A stretch of DNA of 64,000 nt from NCBI GenBank assembly GCA_000091205.1, contig AP006498.2; one strand, written 5' to 3'. The first letter of the stretch is position 1, and the number at the start of each line of letters is the position of its first letter. Positions 32,984 through 43,149 of the stretch are shown here, one piece after another. Position numbers and translations under genes: made by a program. Origin of the DNA: Cyanidioschyzon merolae. Taxonomy: Eukaryota. Under the pieces are notes generated by a model that had not been told where the DNA came from, searched no databases, and worked only from the letters and a program-made list of their open reading frames with translations.

Positions 32984-34065
32984 GGTCCTCACCTAAAGTC
33001 ATAAAAAATTGCGTTCATTGTCAAAAATAAAAATCCAAGGAATGCGATGGGGAGTGCACTTTAGAAGGTCGAGATAGAGAGCAGGCGGCGGAGCGCTTCG
33101 GCGATAGAAAAGCACAGAGAGCTGATTAAGCAGCAAATGGACAGAGGGCACGAGTTCGAGGACACCTTGCACTGGTAAGTTCCACCAGAGGCAATAAAAG
33201 CATGGAGTTCGTGAACGGAGAATTTAACGCCGCCATTAATGGCAGATGTGCGATGCTGGTGAAGAGACCCGAGGTGATTTTTTTCATATGACAAAACGTT
33301 TAGATTGATCATGGATCCCAGAATTCGGAAGAGATAATGGCTTTCAGGGAAGCGTCCATCATGAAGGACCCACCTTCAAGTTCCATCACTCATACGTCCT
33401 CTCGGATATACAGGTCGTTTCGTATGTTCTATCATGCGCCGAGTGCCTGGCGTGAACGCTCACCGTAGCGCCTATATACCGCTGAAGTAGATGCTGCACG
33501 GAGACAGAACGGGTTTGCCGTACCACTGAGGGCGTCGGCTCGAGGCGTGCTATATCCGACACGGAGCCGGACTACAAAATCATTCTGGGAGCCTGCAAAC
33601 TGTGCTGACAGACCTACTGCCTGCGGCAGCGCGATGCAATATACTAGGAGTCCACTGCGACCAGGGCGACGCCCAGATGCAGCTTTGCTGCGTCTACTCC
33701 CAGAATGAATTGCGTTCCAGACGAGCAGCTCAGGTTTCTTTAAAGAACCCACCACTGGAGGCAGCATGAAGCGCTAGCTAGCCCCGCAGACTCGTCCGGC
33801 TCGCGGGACCTTCCGCCTAGAGGGTAAATTTTCGAAGATACGGAAACTTTTCGCCATTTCAACGCTAACTATCAAGGTCGATAGAAACTGTTATCGATTT
33901 GCTAGTTAGCGGTTAGTTTCTGTTCTGTCACCCGAGGTGATGACGCAATACAGCTTTGTGAGACAGCCTCTCAGGCTCGAAGTATATTGGGATAAACTGA
34001 AACCGATAGCAGGCGACCGGTCAAAAAACCTGGGAGGGCCTGTGAGGGGGTATATATATGCACTC
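32984..34065 (+). mobile_element. Internally deleted Fanzor family-1 derivative (5' end joined to 3' end), split by an insertion of about 660 bp (33300..33960) that contains the Tc1-associated repeat
   Basis: Left end 'ggtcctcacctaaagtcataaaaaattgcgttcattgtcaaaaataaaaatcc' at 32984..33040, as in copy A. 33181..33290 encodes 'MEFVNGEFNAAINGRCAMLVKRPEV', a degenerate RuvC-III box. 33961..34065 is the conserved 3' tail 'agacagcctctcaggctcg...ccggtcaaaaaacctgggagggc'. Confidence 0.45.
33432..33767 (-). repeat. 3' repeat segment of the Tc1-like family, inserted within the Fanzor derivative
   Basis: 'GYSTPRADALSGTANPFCLRAAS' is homologous to 1971..2357 'GCTTPWADALCAMTKPFCLRA'. Confidence 0.35.
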
Positions 34066-34189
34066 TTTGGTGGCGAAACGTTTTCGCTCCACTGATCATC
34101 CACAGGTTGCTCTGCTCATGCGATTGCACGTGAGGATGCATCGTGGTTCCGCGTGATGCCCCACGCTACAGAGTCATCCGGGCGGGATG

Positions 34190-34500
34190 TGGGAGCTCGA
34201 AAGCACGTGATCGCTCCTGATTGGAAAGCATCTCATATATGCAGGGTACCAGTACGACCGGAAGTTTTCTTGTGCGTTCATAGCACTTCCAATTGGGAAG
34301 CATCTCATATATGCACGGTACCAGCAAGACAGGAAGTTTTCTTGTGCGTTCATAGCACTTCTGATTGCGAAGCATCTCATGTTTGCAGTGTACCAGTAAG
34401 ACAGGAAGTTTTCTTATGCTTCCATAGCACTCCTCATTGGGACGCATCTCACGTATGCACATGGTGCTCGAGCTGGCGGTTCCGAGCGATGCACCTCTTC
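34190..34500. repeat. Tandem repeat, 72-bp unit x about 4.3
   Basis: Unit starts at 34225, 34297, 34369 and 34441 ('gaagcatctcatatatgcacggtaccag.aagacaggaagttttcttgtgcgttcatagcacttc..attg.'). Seen in the ORF track as the reiterated peptide 'EASHICTVPARQEVFLCVHSTSDC'. Confidence 0.8.
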
Positions 34501-35038
34501 GATAAGAGGCAGCGTAGGCTTGCTCAGACTCTGTTTGCGCCTTACCCTCAAGGAGCGTAGACTGGATTCGCTTGCCAGTGGTGCTTCCGAACTCTATGTA
34601 AATCGGAATTCAGAGTGCGGTGTCGGCCTAATTACCGCCTAAATGCATGAGTGATTGGAATGGAACATGGAACTGGTCGCCATGTTCCTAAATTTCGGAT
34701 TTTTCCGAACTTTGTTTCGTGGCACTGCCACCGCATTCGGAGTGCAGCAATAAGGACTTTTGGATTCATGCATAGTTTTCAGGTTTTCGGTCATTTTTTG
34801 GAATGGTTCCTTTGACGCTGTGCTGCTGAATTTCGTTAAGATACGGTCCTCAGGTGGATTCGCGACGTCCTCGAACAACGGTTCGAAGAATGGCCGGTTT
34901 TATCATCCCATTCAGGCGTGCAAGAATGCACGCTTCTCTTGTCCTCAGGCACAGCATGCGCAAAATACATATTCTTCTTTTTTTGATCCATCCGTTTGAC
35001 GGTTTCGCGTAGGCGCCGCACTTCGCACTGGTAGGTGC

Positions 35039-35930
35039 TCAAGGCAAAATCTTGACGTCTTCGCTTGAGGACTGGTTCGCGAGCTCATACCGAAAGTTCA
35101 CTGAACTTGGTACGTCAAGTAACGGATTTTGCTGGAAATGCAAATCCTCCTTTCTTGAAGGCAATCGGCGGAACGGGACGCAACAGCAGTTAGGTGTCGC
35201 CCTCGGGATATGCTCGCTGAACGCTCCCCTTCCTCTTTTGTTCGTGTGGCAAAGGGTTATGTGCTCGGATATGAGCCCTGACAAAGAACGCTTTCAGTGG
35301 AGCGCGCGTCACAGCTTTACATGAACGAGGCGTAGACGGATCGAAGCTTCTCGAATTGTCCTCCGACTTTGGGTTTTGTATTCAATACTTGTTTCATCAT
35401 GAGCAACGTCGCGTTCCACAGATCCTTTTTCGGATAGAACGGCGTACCGAGGAGTGTGCAGTGGACAACCTACTCACCGAGGGACTTACCCTGAAGAGGC
35501 TCGTAATCGTCCTGTACGGTATTGGGCACGGAAACGAAGGAAGGCATCAAAGGGCGCGCATTGAACCCGTCAAGGGTATATAACGGGCAATGAAGAGAGC
35601 GCTCTCGCGCTCAAGGGCAGCGCCCGAAGGACGAGTAGGATTAGCAAGAGGTGTACTGGTCCCATTGGAACACCTAACAGCAGTCAACTGCCACCGCTAC
35701 GAAGCCGGCTTTCAGGCTTTATGCACAGATGATGAAAATGGCAAGTCAAGCGTAGCTCGCAATTTCCACCTGCACATGAAATGCATAGACAAGTTCCCGA
35801 AGCGGTAAAACCGGGACATGCACACTGCCATCAGCATCCTTCGACTGATAATAACAGAGCTGGGAGACAAGAGAGATCGGTGTATTTAGGGCCGGAGACA
35901 CAATAGAGGTCCAGGGAGCACTCATGGATG
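35039..35930 (+). pseudogene. Degenerate family-2 TnpB/Fanzor-like element: repeat X (35039..35324) plus a RuvC-like C-terminal fragment (35356..35808) and a 3' tail
   Basis: 'LVIVLYGIGHGNEG'. 'GVLVPLEHLTAVNCHRYEAGF' resembles a RuvC-II 'EYRTSKVC'-like box. 'RNFHLHMKCIDKFPKR' is homologous to 43902..44246 'RSLNLFVKCANKYRKRVHWDVKSAINILRQ'. The tail 35810..35930 resembles 44190..44310. Confidence 0.35.
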
Positions 35931-36266
35931 AGGCCTCCAAAGGCCGCTTTTGACGGCACTGAGTGCTATCTAAATATTAGTGTGCACGGTCGAGTTAGAC
36001 GATCCGTTCCATTTTATTCTTGCATGGGTATAAATAGATGAGCATGTGAGTCGAACCACCGCTAACAGGAACTCGAAATGCTCTGGCGGCGGTCCGGGTG
36101 CACTGGTCAACAAGTGACGCCATGGCTTACGCCACGAAAGGTAAAACCCGTATTGGGATGATCTGTACGGTCGCTTTCGGGCTCGGGTACCCTAGAAGCT
36201 TTGCGTTCCGTTCGTGCGCTTCGTTGCCTGGTTGTGAGTTTTCTATAGGTACGAGAAGCTCAGCGA

Positions 36267-37865
36267 ATGACAGACAACGATGCGCTGCGAGCGAAGAGCC
36301 TGCGAGCCCCCCGAAGTGTTGCCCCTGCCGGTGTGCGTTACAGCAACTGGCAAGTCAAGGTAGAGAGCCCGCGAGTGCGCTATACTGATGAGTTCATCTA
36401 CGCAGACTTCGAGTGTGATGAGGTGAAAGCATGTCCTAACGACGAGAAGAAGGAAACAATTGTGAGGACGCTGAGAAGAAAGCTTCAGTTCAGGACGGCG
36501 ATTCGCCCTCCGCGCCTGGGGCTGCTTCTCGTGGGCTGGGCTGGAAATAACGGTTCCACACTGACGGCAGCTCTGATCGCTAACCGTGAAAACATTTGCT
36601 GGCAAAGCCGGTGTGGAGTTTGCAAACCGAACTTTTATGGTTCACTGACGCAGTGCGCAAGTATGCACATCGGTTATGATGGTGGCGCTGATGTTTTCGT
36701 GCCGCTCCATGCCGTTGTACCGCTCGTGCATCCGAAAGATATCGTCGTTGGGGGCTGGGACATTTCCTCCGTAAACTTGGCCGACGCTCTTGAGCGAGCG
36801 CAGGTGCTCGAAGCAGATCTTCGCCAGCGCCTTCGACCGTTTCTGGAGCATCAGAAGCCCTGGGCGGGGGCGATGGACCCTACGTTTATCGCCCAAAACC
36901 AGCTCGGTCGCGCGGACAACGTCATATCAGGTAGCAAGTTCGAACAACTGGAAAAGCTACGAGAGGACATCCGAAGCTTCAAGGCAAAACACGGTCTTGA
37001 GACAGCGGTTGTGGTATGGAGTGCGAATAGTGAGCGGTACTCCGAGCTTTCGCCAGGGGCCGCCCACGATCCGGAACTTCTGCTTGAGGCCATCCGGAGG
37101 AATGAAGCCGAAGTATCACCGTCGATTCTATATGCTGTCGCTGCAATTCTCGAGCGCTGTCCATATGTGAATGGGTCTCCCCAAAATACACTCATCCCTA
37201 GTGTAGTGGAATTAGCTCGACGACACGCGATCCCTGTCAGTGGAGACGACTTCAAATCCGGCCAGACGAGGCTCAAGTCAGTACTCGTCGACTTTTTTGT
37301 CGGTTGTGGCCTGAAACCGCGAGCTATCGTGACCTACAATCATCTCGGAAATAATGACATGTACCAACTCACTGACGGCACCATGTGGAAGCCGAAAGCC
37401 GTCGCAAAATCTGGCGTTCTCACGGATATTGTGCAGAGTAATGGAGCACTGTACCCGAACGGCGAGGAGCCCGACCACGTCGTTGTTGTCAAATATGTTC
37501 CGTTTCTTGGGGACTCCAAACGAGATGTCAGCGAATACACCAGCGAGGCATTCATGGGCGGTCTCTACACGAACATCATCCACAACGAGGCGTTGGACTC
37601 TGTGCTCTGTGCTCCCTTGATTCTTGACACTGCAGTGCTGTGCGAACTCTTGACACGTGTCTCGTGGAGAGATTCCCCGAGTGAGGCGTATCAGCCGATG
37701 GATTCGGTGGCCGTTGCTCTAAGCTTCTTCATGAAAAACCCGGTGATGCCACACGGACTGCCGGCCGTGAATGCGCTCTGGCGGCAACGTCAATGTTTAG
37801 AGGACTTGCTGCGCGCCCTGGTTGGCCTCGGACCGCATCACGAGCTGCAGTATATGCTCGCTTGA
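36267..37865 (+). CDS. INO1: myo-Inositol-1-phosphate synthase (MIPS)
   Basis: 'LGLLLVGWAGNNGSTLTAAL', 'NGSPQNT', 'SYNHLGNNDM', 'LGDSKRDVSEYTSEAFMGG'. A genuine ATG at 36267 gives a full-length protein of about 532 aa. Confidence 0.9.
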   Translation: MTDNDALRAKSLRAPRSVAPAGVRYSNWQVKVESPRVRYTDEFIYADFECDEVKACPNDEKKETIVRTLRRKLQFRTAIRPPRLGLLLVGWAGNNGSTLTAALIANRENICWQSRCGVCKPNFYGSLTQCASMHIGYDGGADVFVPLHAVVPLVHPKDIVVGGWDISSVNLADALERAQVLEADLRQRLRPFLEHQKPWAGAMDPTFIAQNQLGRADNVISGSKFEQLEKLREDIRSFKAKHGLETAVVVWSANSERYSELSPGAAHDPELLLEAIRRNEAEVSPSILYAVAAILERCPYVNGSPQNTLIPSVVELARRHAIPVSGDDFKSGQTRLKSVLVDFFVGCGLKPRAIVTYNHLGNNDMYQLTDGTMWKPKAVAKSGVLTDIVQSNGALYPNGEEPDHVVVVKYVPFLGDSKRDVSEYTSEAFMGGLYTNIIHNEALDSVLCAPLILDTAVLCELLTRVSWRDSPSEAYQPMDSVAVALSFFMKNPVMPHGLPAVNALWRQRQCLEDLLRALVGLGPHHELQYMLA

Positions 37866-38372
37866 AAGACCGCTGAATGCCTGGCGAGCTGCGTGTTGGA
37901 TGCGATGCACAGCGACAGGCTGCCGAGGCGAAGCGTCGCCTCTGAGATGTGATACATCGCATACGAGTGATACAAGAACATATAGAACCGCTCCTGGTCA
38001 TCGCGCATAAAAATGCTTGGGCTGTCGTTCAGTTTCGAAGAATTTGCTGTTTGCCCCGTTCAAATAAACCACTGCGGCGCTGGATCTTCGTGGATCGTTT
38101 AGTGTGCTTCTAGTACAGAGCACGAACCCGTTTACTTGCTAGTGGCGAAGATCATCCAAGAGCGCCCTCAATGGCCGATAGCGCAGGTTGCAGCGGACAC
38201 CGCAGCTATAAAAGCAAGGCTTACGCGATCGCTTGCCGGACACCAGGCTTGCAGCTTGATCCACGCTCCCGAATTGGTGTACTCTATTATGATCAACGCC
38301 GCGTCAAGGTTATTCCCCCGGAATTCTGCGATTGGCTGCTCGACCCCAAAACTGGAGACTAGTCCACGCTTC

Positions 38373-38388
38373 CACACACACACACACA
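38373..38388. repeat. (CA)8 microsatellite
   Basis: 'cacacacacacacaca' is read directly from the sequence. Confidence 0.8.
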
Positions 38389-38526
38389 AAAGTACGCTAC
38401 TCTGGTCGACGCCTTGAATTGGCGCAAATCTGCATCGCCACTCAACTCTTGGGAACCTTCGAATTCAGTTACATTCCGATGCATCCTCGATTATTCATGG
38501 GCCTGCACCTCCTGCTGTATGCGCAC

Positions 38527-39147
38527 TTACTCGATGATGCCAAGAATACGAAGCAAGAGTTCAATCTGCTGTGGCATCGTTTGTCCAGTCCAGTACTCTG
38601 TCAGCATGCCAGTCACGAAAAAGAACATCGCCGTCCGTCCGTTGATAACCTCTGCGTTTCTACAGAAACCGAAAACTCGCCGAGACTCCGCCTCCTTTGC
38701 AAGACGGGCGGCTTTATAACGCTCTGCGACGGCACGCAGCGCCCGACGCTGCTCGGCAAGCTCTATGGCGCTCAGTTTGTATCGCCCCGGAACGCGCTCT
38801 GTCGCACTGCTTTGGGAACTTCCGCCGGTGGGAACAGCTCCCGCTGCTTCACTGCGCCCAGATGACGAGTCTGTAGTCTGCGAGACGGGGCCTCGGTCTG
38901 CCTGGCCGGGTCGACTCGCAGCGTCGCCTTCTGCCAGAGCGGAGAGCCTTGTACGCAACGACTGACTGGAGCAGCTTCTCCAGGATCCTACTCGTTCTCG
39001 GCCAGTCTCGCTGAACTCGTGTCGAACTCTTGAACCATAGTTTCTCTTATTTGCCCCTTTCAGGCAAACAGTGGCGCTGGGACTTCGCCTGTGCCTTCCA
39101 GCAAGCCAGTGTGAACAGAACCCGCACGAGTTCGCCTCAAAAGCCAT
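38527..39147 (-). CDS. One-helix LHC-motif protein (OHP/HLIP/ELIP-like, light-harvesting-like family) with a long low-complexity N-terminal presequence
   Basis: The C-terminal helix 'AEVINGRTAMFFFVTGMLTEYWTG' carries the chlorophyll-binding LHC motif ExxNGRxAM. Genuine ATG at revcomp 39145..39147. The N-terminus is S/R/A-rich and resembles a transit peptide. Confidence 0.55.
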   Translation of the reverse strand: MAFEANSCGFCSHWLAGRHRRSPSATVCLKGANKRNYGSRVRHEFSETGRERVGSWRSCSSQSLRTRLSALAEGDAASRPGQADRGPVSQTTDSSSGRSEAAGAVPTGGSSQSSATERVPGRYKLSAIELAEQRRALRAVAERYKAARLAKEAESRRVFGFCRNAEVINGRTAMFFFVTGMLTEYWTGQTMPQQIELLLRILGIIE

Positions 39148-39331
39148 TGTTCCACGTGGTGCTACCCTCGCTTTTTCGACTCGCCGCTCAGCGCACAGAC
39201 ACAGTTACTATTAAAGAAAGCGCTTGGGTGACAAGCTCTGAGCCAAGCGGAAAGCTAACGTTGACCAGAAAAGCAGCAGCAGCAGCAGCGGGGTACTAAA
39301 GATCGTGTACCTCTCTAGTATTTCCGCTGCA

Positions 39332-40846
39332 ATGCATACGGGAATCGTGTTCACAAGCGGCGCACTTGCCCTGCACGATGGCGAGGTCGCGTTTGACTAC
39401 TGCGAGAATGCCAGGCGTGGACGAGGCTCTTTCCGGGACCAGCCTGAGAGTGCATTTTTGCTTTACAAGTCTAGAGCAGGCGTAAAAGCACAATACGCTG
39501 TGGAAGAGAGCGACAGGGGCTGGAGTTGCTCCCTGTGGGTAAAGCTGCGCGTCGGTCGCTCAGCTCGAAGCACTGCAGCTTTGGTACCGGAGCCTGACCC
39601 GCGGTACCTCGGGAAAAGTATGCTTGTCTGTGACCAGGTTTTCGCTATTGGTTTGAGTTGCGTTGATCTCGCGCTACACCAGGTAGACAGGCTGCCGCTG
39701 CACGCTGATGATCTCGTGCAGTTTTGTGGCGTTGATTTTGTACCTGGAGGCGGCGTCTACCACACGCTCGAGTCGCTCGCCAGTTTGCTGCGGTGTGCTG
39801 CAGACGAGGGCAATTCTACCGTTCCTCGGTTGCAAGCGGTCACGCTCGTCGGAGACGATATCTTTGGGAGGTTTTATGCACGCCGCGTTTCCGAAGATGT
39901 TTCACCAGAGGCTTCGCGGACCGTGGCTTTCACGAACGAGGCAAACACTGCACTCGCTGTGGTACCCATCTATCGCGACGGAAGTCGAGGCTGTTTCGTA
40001 GACCTTGGTGCGAATCGAGTGCTTTCCGGTGAGCGCATTGTGCAGAGTGTCGCGGAGCTTCTCGCTGGGGCGAAGTTGGCGCATAGCGCGGACACCAAGC
40101 CTACTGTGCTCGTACATCTCGCGTATCCGCATTTGCTGCCAATGCTACGAGGCGAACGACTCGAGGAGCTTTTCCGCGAGCTTACCATACAGGCTGGATT
40201 GGTAAATGCCGCTGCAGTTTTTAGCGTAGACGTGAATGGCGCCACCAGGGATTCTGGATCATCGACGGACATTAAAAAGGGTGCGCTCGAGTCTATTCTC
40301 CATCACGTGGATATTTTTCATGCGAACTACGAGGAAGCCTGTGCACTTCTGGACGAGCAAATGATCGTGACACGTGAGACCTCTGGAGCGGATCTGGAGG
40401 CAGCCACATCCTCTGCAGCGTTGGTGCACTGTGTTCGCGAGCACGGACGAAGGCTGCTTCAGCGCTTAAAGGACCGCTTCTTCAACCCTGCGTCTCCGGA
40501 GAAGAGCGGCGATCGCCTGCTCGTTGTTGGGGTCACGATAGGACGGGAAGGCGCATGGCTCGTGGCGGGCTCGCGAGACGACCTGCAGACTTTTACGTGC
40601 ACACAAGAGCAGTATATACCGCCACCGAGCATCCCAGACCAGCAGCGAATCAACGCAAACGGTGCAGGAGACGCGTTTGTGGCGGGACTGTGTTTTGCCT
40701 ACCTGCGGGCCAGTCGTGGGCGCGAATCAGGTACGCAGCGCCCGCAACGCTCCCCAGCAGCTTGGACACAGTTCTTTGCTGATAACGCTCTGAGAGCAGT
40801 CACTCGCAAACTCTCCATCAAACGAGGAAACCATGCGATCTGGTGA
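39332..40846 (+). CDS. pfkB-family carbohydrate/nucleoside kinase domain protein (504 aa)
   Basis: The C-terminal 'INANGAGDAFVAGLCFAYL' matches the pfkB signature 2 (DTxGAGDxF). The ORF-track start at 39305 is a GTG. The first ATG is at 39332. The N-terminal half is not assigned. Confidence 0.45.
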   Translation: MHTGIVFTSGALALHDGEVAFDYCENARRGRGSFRDQPESAFLLYKSRAGVKAQYAVEESDRGWSCSLWVKLRVGRSARSTAALVPEPDPRYLGKSMLVCDQVFAIGLSCVDLALHQVDRLPLHADDLVQFCGVDFVPGGGVYHTLESLASLLRCAADEGNSTVPRLQAVTLVGDDIFGRFYARRVSEDVSPEASRTVAFTNEANTALAVVPIYRDGSRGCFVDLGANRVLSGERIVQSVAELLAGAKLAHSADTKPTVLVHLAYPHLLPMLRGERLEELFRELTIQAGLVNAAAVFSVDVNGATRDSGSSTDIKKGALESILHHVDIFHANYEEACALLDEQMIVTRETSGADLEAATSSAALVHCVREHGRRLLQRLKDRFFNPASPEKSGDRLLVVGVTIGREGAWLVAGSRDDLQTFTCTQEQYIPPPSIPDQQRINANGAGDAFVAGLCFAYLRASRGRESGTQRPQRSPAAWTQFFADNALRAVTRKLSIKRGNHAIW

Positions 40847-40847
40847 T

Positions 40848-42107
40848 TTATTTTCTCTTGCCGGATCCTACAGCTTTCATGCTCGCTTGTGTGTCATTGC
40901 TGGCGGAATCAGCAACCGGAATCGATGCAGACTGCTTGGGCTGTTGGCTGCGAGCAAGGGGATTCGACATGCTTATGATCCGCTCGTAGTCTCTTGGCAA
41001 TAAATGTCTGACCGCGTCCCGCTCTTCAATAAGTTCTTTTCGTGTGCGCTCCATCATGCTGGCACTGAACTCGTCGACCGGGAGCTCCAAGATACGACGA
41101 AAATGTGCACCAGGGCAGAGGCAGGGCACGGAATACCAGAGACATGCATCGATTCCATACGAGCCATCACTTGGCACCGACATAGACAGCCACTTATTAC
41201 CAGCGCCGAGCCACAGATCCCGCATATGATCGATTGCTCCATTAGCCGCAGATGCGGCTGAACTGGCACCACGAGCCTCAATCACCTCCGCACCGCGTTT
41301 CTGAATCCGAGGGATGAACTCGTTTCTGTACCAGTCTTCATCGATGCGTGGACGGATCCATTCGCCGCGTACCAGGGCATGTGACAGATCTGGGTACTGC
41401 GTCGTCGAGTGATTACCCCAGATGATGACACGCTCCACCTCGGCGACATCACAGTGCATCTTCAGCGCAAGCTGCGTGATAGCGCGATTCTGATCGAGGC
41501 GGCTCATCGCGGTAATCTGCTCTGCCCAAATATCCGGAGCGTTTGCTGCCGCCACCAGCGCGTTGGTGTTCGCGGGGTTCCCGACGACGAGGACTCGGAC
41601 CTCACGCGACGCTACCTTGTTCAGTGCCCGACCTTGTTCAGCAAATATCTGCGCGTTAGAGGCCAGCAGATCGCGGCGCTCCATGCCAGGCCCTCGAGGC
41701 TTTGCACCGACCAGAATCGCAAAGTCTGCATCCGCAAAGCCCTTATCCACCTGGTCTGTCGCACTGACGCTCTTTAGCAGCGGAAACGCACAATCCTCCA
41801 GTTCCATAACGACGCCACGAAGCGCCTTCATGCCTTGTGGCGTCTCAATGCAGCTGAGATGTATCGGCTGATTCTTTCCCAACATTTCTCCCGAAGCGAT
41901 GCGGGTTACAAGTTGGTAGCCGATTTGTCCGGCAGCACCGGTGACGGCCACCCGCAAAGGCGGCAGCAGATCCGACAACTTTCCAACAGCACCACTACCA
42001 GAAGCAGCACCAGCAGCACTCTTAGGTGACGCGGTTGCCTCCGTTGCCAGCCATCTGCAACCCAGGCGTTGGACCAGCCTCGCTCCAAAGCGTCGTGCTA
42101 CGTTCAT
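40848..42107 (-). CDS. MDH: Malate dehydrogenase (LDH/MDH superfamily, cytosolic-type GAAGQIGY class) with N-terminal (about 45 aa) and C-terminal (about 60 aa) extensions
   Basis: '[15 protein letters not shown]', '[15 protein letters not shown]', '[13 protein letters not shown]', '[21 protein letters not shown]'. The ORF-track start at 42149 is a TTG. First ATG ([11 protein letters not shown]..., presequence-like) is at revcomp 42105..42107. Confidence 0.85.
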   Translation of the reverse strand: MNVARRFGARLVQRLGCRWLATEATASPKSAAGAASGSGAVGKLSDLLPPLRVAVTGAAGQIGYQLVTRIASGEMLGKNQPIHLSCIETPQGMKALRGVVMELEDCAFPLLKSVSATDQVDKGFADADFAILVGAKPRGPGMERRDLLASNAQIFAEQGRALNKVASREVRVLVVGNPANTNALVAAANAPDIWAEQITAMSRLDQNRAITQLALKMHCDVAEVERVIIWGNHSTTQYPDLSHALVRGEWIRPRIDEDWYRNEFIPRIQKRGAEVIEARGASSAASAANGAIDHMRDLWLGAGNKWLSMSVPSDGSYGIDACLWYSVPCLCPGAHFRRILELPVDEFSASMMERTRKELIEERDAVRHLLPRDYERIISMSNPLARSQQPKQSASIPVADSASNDTQASMKAVGSGKRK

Positions 42108-43149
42108 CAGCGAGTCAACAAGGGAGTTCAAGGCACCGTGCAGCAGCAAGTCAACCGTTTCAAGCGACGCGATGCGACTCGTGGTATCGATGATTCCTTC
42201 ATCGACGTCGTCGAGCGCTGGCGCTATATTCGTGGTGGCGGCGGCAGTGGCGGCGGCGGCTATTCGTCAACTGCCGTACGGCGTTACCGCCTCACAGGCG
42301 TGCCTCTCGAAGCTTGGACACAGAGGTAGCGGTGGTGTAGCGTGTGCGTCCGGGGAAACGGAAACGCTGACGCTTTGTGAACGCTGCTGCGGGATCGCAG
42401 TGACTGGGAGGGAGCACACGCCTCCGAGTCAGAGCACGTGCACGGGGTTGGCTAGCATAGTGCTGTGGAAGGCTGCTCGAGGCTGACAGCAGTCACCTGG
42501 GTACGAGCTCGCTGAAGAGAGTCTGAGGCAAGGCGCTTGCGGGAGTGGTGCGCTCTTGGCACAGCGATTTCACAACTGGGAAGCGAGTGCGGTAACGTCG
42601 GTGCGCGTGTTGCTAGGGCGGGGTGATGGCTGATGAGGAGGTACGTGGACCTGCGTGCCTGTGCTCCTGCTGTTTGGCATTGTGAGTGGGCGTGAACGTC
42701 GTATTTCGAGTTGACGGCACCCGGAGGTTCGCTGGATCGAGTCAGTATTCGTTAGCGAAGCAGTGCTGCGGGGTGTTGGCGTGCGATCGTGTGCGTTGTA
42801 GCAATAGCGCCGTTGTGCTAGTGACTTGCCGCGTGCATGAACCAAGCGTCCCTTCCTTGGCGGAGTACTCGCATGGTGGCCTTGGAGCTCGGAAGCGTCC
42901 CCAGAAGCAATGAAGTCCATGCTCTAAAGACTGGCAGTGTGCGCGTCTCTGGTGGCTTTTGGACAGAAGCACCGAACCTGGTCTACGCGCGAGAGAAATT
43001 AGAATGGAATACTGAACTGCATGCTCGATTCCTGCCTTGCGGATTCATTCCCGAACTTTTGTCATGTATACAGCTTCGATATCTGTAGTCCATGAAAGAG
43101 CTCTTTCGGATGCGAATGCGTCTTCGGACTCGCAATCGTCCATTTCGGA

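Noticed and set aside
34190-34500. Regular 72-bp repeats as a possible CRISPR array
   Set aside because: The context is eukaryotic. The units are contiguous tandem copies without unique spacers, and there are no cas genes.
38332-38865. 177-aa plus-strand ORF overlapping the OHP/ELIP-like gene
   Set aside because: It is antisense to a minus-strand CDS that carries a diagnostic LHC motif, and has no similarity of its own.
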